Part shown: positions 61,425 through 64,000 of the stretch, piece after piece | How the letters are laid out: the number at the start of each line of letters is the position of its first letter | Position numbering within the stretch: position 1 is the stretch's first letter | Source of the DNA: Roseovarius sp. | GTDB taxonomy: Bacteria; Pseudomonadota; Alphaproteobacteria; Rhodobacterales; Rhodobacteraceae | Direction: 5' to 3' | Length of the DNA stretch: 64,000 nucleotides | NCBI GenBank assembly: GCA_034521935.1 | Contig: JAXHLV010000006.1 | Span: 251,550 to 315,549 of the forward strand | Translations under genes and position numbers: made by a program | The notes under the pieces: model-generated | What the model was told of the DNA's origin: nothing | Database searches by the model: none | The model's input: the letters and a program-made list of their open reading frames with translations, nothing else

Positions 61425-62786
61425 TCCCGCCCAAGCCGCCCGCGCGGGCCGACCGCGTCTCGCTCTGGCGCTACATGCGGCTGTTTCCGCGCCGATATCC
61501 TGTCGGCGCAGCCCGCGCGGCTCTATCGCGCGTGGATGGCCGAGTTTCGCACGCCGTTCTTTCGCTCTTACCTGTGCAACGACCCGGCGCTCGTTGATCT
61601 GGTGCTGAAAGAGCGCCCGGACGATTTCCCCAAATCGGCGCGGGTGAGCGAGGGGCTGCGGCCGTTGCTGGGGCGGTCGGTGTTCGTGACCAATGGCGAG
61701 GAGTGGAAGCGGCAGCGGCGGATCATCGACCCGGCGTTCGAGGGCGGGCGGCTGCGCGACACGTTCCCGGCGATGGTGGCGGCGGGGCAGGGCGCGGTGG
61801 CGCGGCTGGGAAGCCGCGCGGATGGCGCGCCGGTCGAGATCGAGGAACAGACGAGCCACGCGGCGGCGGACGTGATCTTTCGCACGCTGTTTTCCCTGCC
61901 CATCGAGAACGAGACGGCGGCGCGGGTGTTCGCGGAGTTCCGGGCGCATCAGCGCACGCAGCCGGTGCTGAACCTCGCCGCCTTCGTGCCCCTGCCGCGC
62001 TGGTTTCCGCGCTTTCACCGGCGCGAGACGCGGGCCACGGCGCGGCGGATCAGGGGCTTGATCGAGGGGCTGACGGCGGCGCGGATGGACGAGATCGCGG
62101 CGGGGACCGCGCCCGACGATCTGGCCACCAAGATCATGACGACGCCCGATCCCGAGACGGGAGATAGGTTTACCACCGAGGAGATGGTCGATCAGGTGGC
62201 GATCTTTTTCCTTGCGGGGCACGAGACGAGCGCCTCGGCGCTGGCCTGGGCGCTCTACCTGCTGGCGCTATACCCCGAGTGGCAGGACAAGGTGGCGGCG
62301 GAGGCGCGCGCCGTGTTGGCTGACCGCGCGCCGGAATTTGCCGACATGGGGCGGCTGCGGGTGGCGCGGGATGTGTTCCGCGAGACGCTGCGCCTCTATC
62401 CGCCGGTGCCGATGATGGTGCGCGAGAGCACCTGCCCGGAGCGGTTTCGGGGGCGCGATGTGCGCCCCGGCGCGCAGGTGGTGCTGAGCCCGTGGCACCT
62501 GCACCGGCACGAGCGGCTGTGGAATGATCCCGACGTTTTCGACCCGGCGCGCTTTGCGGGCGAGAACGGGCGCGATTGCCTGCGGCGGGCGTATATGCCG
62601 TTTTCGGCGGGGCCGCGCGTCTGCACCGGGGCGGGGTTCGCGATGATCGAGGGGCCGCTTCTGCTGGCGATGCTGGTGCGGGCCTTCCGGGTGGAGCCGG
62701 TGGCAGGCCGCCCGGCGATGCCGGTGGCGCATCTGACGGTGCGCGGGCGTGACGGGATATGGCTGCGGGTTTCGCGGCGGCGGTGA
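61421..62786 (+). CDS. Cytochrome P450 (apparent frameshift near 61487)
   Basis: AGHETSA I-helix, ETLRLYPP, FSAGPRVCTG haem motif; ATG overlaps the upstream stop. Confidence 0.9.
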
Positions 62787-62865
62787 CGGGGGACGCGGGG
62801 ATGACGGTCGCACGATTTTGCCGCGCTGCCTCTAGCCAAACCCGCGCGAAGCCCCTATATTCACG

Positions 62866-63184
62866 GTGTTCCCGGCAACGGGGGCTATGGACATAAACGC
62901 GCTCGTAATAAGCGGATCGGACCCGGGGGCGGTACCCGGCGACTCCACCAAACATCCCTCATTTGGGGATCATGGGGCCGAAACAGGATCGACGAACGTC
63001 TAAAGGGGTTAGCTTTGTCCCGGTGAGGTACCACCGTTATCGGTCCAAAATGTACAGTTGCAAATGACAACCGTGCTCCGGTGGCCGTTGCTGCGTAAGC
63101 AGTAACCAAACCGAAACTTAAGCCCTTGCGCCTAGCAGCGTAAGGCGGGGTTCGCAGGCACCTGGCAACAGAAGCCTGCACTTT
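62866..63184 (+). ncRNA. ssrA: Two-piece circularly permuted tmRNA
   Basis: Acceptor piece ends CTCCACCA at 62950, short intervening segment, coding piece starts GGGGCCGA at 62974, tag ANDNRAPVAVAA* at 63060-63098. Outer ends approximate. Confidence 0.93.
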
Positions 63185-63209
63185 TCCCAAACACCCGTTG
63201 ATTGCCACT

Positions 63210-63330
63210 GAGAGCGTGATCTGAAACCGGAGCGCGCCCGCGTTCGTTCGCGGTCTCACGACCCGCTTCAACGTGTTGATGGCGCATGTTCAAACAGCTC
63301 AAGACCGGTTCCCGCTTTTGAGCATGAGCG
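63210..63330. repeat. RIME/BruRS-like repeat, degenerate copy 3
   Basis: gcatgttc..agctcaagaccggttcccgcttttgagca shared with copies 1 and 2. Confidence 0.65.
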
Positions 63331-63661
63331 TGGTGACGTGGTGCGCAGCCTGGCGTTCTGCCGCTCGGGCGGGTTGCGTGGATTCGCGAGGTCAGTGTCC
63401 ATCGCGCGCGTCATCCCGCCCTCGATATGCGCGATCATGTCGGTGGGATCGGCCAGCGTCAGGATCGCGCCTTTGCAGACGCAAGACAGTCATAGCGCAG
63501 ACCACTTGAACAGCGGACGGACTGCGGCTGTCTTGCAGCCAGAGGCGCGTCTGCAAAACAAAGGTTGGTTTACACCTCCCGTGAATTTTGACAATGTTTC
63601 AGACATGACGAGGTTGGCGATGGCCATGTTGCGCGCCGACCGGAAAATCAGGGAGAAATCG

Positions 63662-64000
63662 ATGAAGACGATGCGCAAACTTGGAACAGCGACGGCGCTG
63701 GTTGTCGGGATGGCCACCACGGCCCCGGCCCAGACGCTGGATTTCGCCTATGACGCCGACCCGGTCTCGCTCGACCCGCATGAGCAGCTCTCGGGCGGCA
63801 CGCTGCAACTCAGCCACATGATCTTTGATCCGCTGGTGCGCTGGAACAGGGATCTCGGCTTTGACGCGCGCCTCGCCGAGAGCTGGGAGCGGATCGACGA
63901 GACCACGATGCGCTTTCACCTGCGCGACGGGGTGACGTTCCATTCCGGCAACGAGATGACCGCCGAGGATGTGGTCTGGACCATCGAGCGGCTGAAATCC
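63662..64000 (+). CDS. ABC transporter substrate-binding protein, family 5 (runs off the window's right edge)
   Basis: Signal peptide, DPVSLDPH, IFDPLV, LAESWE, FHLR.GV.FHSG...TAEDV. Confidence 0.85.
   Translation, partial: MKTMRKLGTATALVVGMATTAPAQTLDFAYDADPVSLDPHEQLSGGTLQLSHMIFDPLVRWNRDLGFDARLAESWERIDETTMRFHLRDGVTFHSGNEMTAEDVVWTIERLKS

Noticed and set aside
62951-62973. tRNA-like 3' end followed by a second 5' end, which could suggest an attachment site
   Set aside because: This is the normal intervening segment of the permuted two-piece tmRNA.
63370-63510. Short coding-like stretch on the minus strand (AILTLADPTDMIAHIEGG)
   Set aside because: There is no clear start or recognisable family, and it is too short to support a gene or pseudogene call.

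Overview
High-GC alphaproteobacterial chromosome segment, most likely Rhodobacteraceae/roseobacter group. The evidence is a two-piece permuted tmRNA, a SAM-SAH riboswitch before metK, chpT and olsBA. Most of the window is core housekeeping: chpT, olsBA, ycjX/ycjF, ileS, ppk/ppx, hda, rpsD, hisC-tyrA, 6S RNA, proS, tRNA-Ala, fabB-fabI, miaB-phoH-ybeY-corC-lnt-metK-trmB, argE and ssrA. Accessory patches include a truncated IS3-like element, an EptA-type phosphoethanolamine transferase that reads in frame through a palindrome into a truncated haemoglobin, two ISAs1-derived mini-elements, an RTX subtilase and a pentapeptide-repeat gene. An arsR-arsD-arsA-acr3-usp cluster sits between a PatB-like PLP enzyme and an Lrp regulator plus GcvT/DmdA-like gene. 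Several families of intergenic palindromic repeats are present. Many genes, including the essential ileS, carry single-base frameshifts, which points to uncorrected long-read indel errors, so every fusion or pseudogene call needs read-level confirmation. I saw no CRISPR array, prophage or recognisable defence system. All annotations come from motif recognition by eye; no database searches were run.
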